IMG/VR virus record: IMGVR_UViG_3300035183_001487
Coordinates: 3,781-67,780 of that record
Strand: one strand, 5' to 3'
From: a virus
DNA: 64,000 nucleotides
Shown piece by piece: positions 63,536 through 64,000 of this stretch. The notes under the pieces were generated by a model. The model did no database searches, was not told the origin of the DNA, and saw only the letters and a program-made list of their open reading frames with translations. The position numbers and the translations under genes are program-made. Every line of letters starts with the position of its first letter. The stretch's first letter is position 1.

Positions 63536-64000
63536 ATGAAAAGCATCCGAGCCTGGTTCACCGACACCTGGAACCTCATCCAAGCCTGGTTCACCGACAC
63601 CTGGAAGCTCGACGCCGACACCGCGGCGCGCGTCACGCGCGTCACCCTCTGGCTCGCCCTCTTCGCGCTGCTGGGCTCCGTGCTCGGCATGCTGGCCTTC
63701 GCCATGCAGTGGGCGGATCCCAACGGCCTCTTCTGGGAGCTGGTGGTCCGGGCCAGGAAGGACCTCTTCAAGGGCTTCGGGGACCTGGGCCGCAGCATCT
63801 TCGTGCTCCTGCTCACCACGCTCGAGTGGTGGGCCGTGGAAAGCTCGCCCATGGGCCGCCGGTGGATGATCTACCACCAGGACGAAGCCGGGAACTTCAC
63901 CGAGCCCGCCGAGGTCCGCGCCGCCAAGAAGCGCAACGGCGTCCTGGTCTTCATCGGCATGCTGGTGGGGAACGCCATCATCTTCGCGGCGGGGCGCTGA
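63536..64000 (+). CDS. Three-TM membrane protein, possible holin
   Basis: GGAG RBS; three hydrophobic helices; behind late motif. Confidence 0.55.
   Translation: MKSIRAWFTDTWNLIQAWFTDTWKLDADTAARVTRVTLWLALFALLGSVLGMLAFAMQWADPNGLFWELVVRARKDLFKGFGDLGRSIFVLLLTTLEWWAVESSPMGRRWMIYHQDEAGNFTEPAEVRAAKKRNGVLVFIGMLVGNAIIFAAGR
63544..63606 (+). repeat. 33-nt period direct repeat (IxAWFTDTW twice)
   Basis: CATCC(G/A)AGCCTGGTTCACCGACACCTGGAA at 63544-63573 and 63577-63606. Confidence 0.85.

Overview
The window is a continuous stretch of a high-GC, contractile-tailed dsDNA phage or prophage; no host housekeeping genes, integrase, DNA polymerase or clear endolysin are visible in it. 1-14 kb is a + strand early/middle region: Cas4-like exonuclease, probable ssDNA-annealing protein, RlpA, VRR-NUC, two DNA methyltransferases, an iteron-containing replication initiator, a split RdgC-like pair and a Fis-like HTH. 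14-22 kb holds terminase, portal, MuF and a CAT tRNA. Head, baseplate, fibre and tail genes are scattered over divergent operons, interleaved with two minus-strand operons of probable virion-packaged proteins (InPase+SNF2; WGR, kinase-like+ADP-ribosyltransferase, Nudix). The most notable observation is a C4-like structured antisense RNA at 207-294 whose two exposed elements (UCCUGU, UUUUCGG) are complementary to a hairpin+Shine-Dalgarno motif found both beside it and at 4-5 distant loci, including the replication gene, suggesting an RNA-based phage regulon. Other highlights: a -1 frameshift signal adding a nuclease-like domain to a head protein, a +1 frameshift in the tail chaperone, a four-copy late-promoter motif and a shared His-rich tag on candidate injected proteins. 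All calls come from motif recognition by eye; no database searches or folding programs were run.
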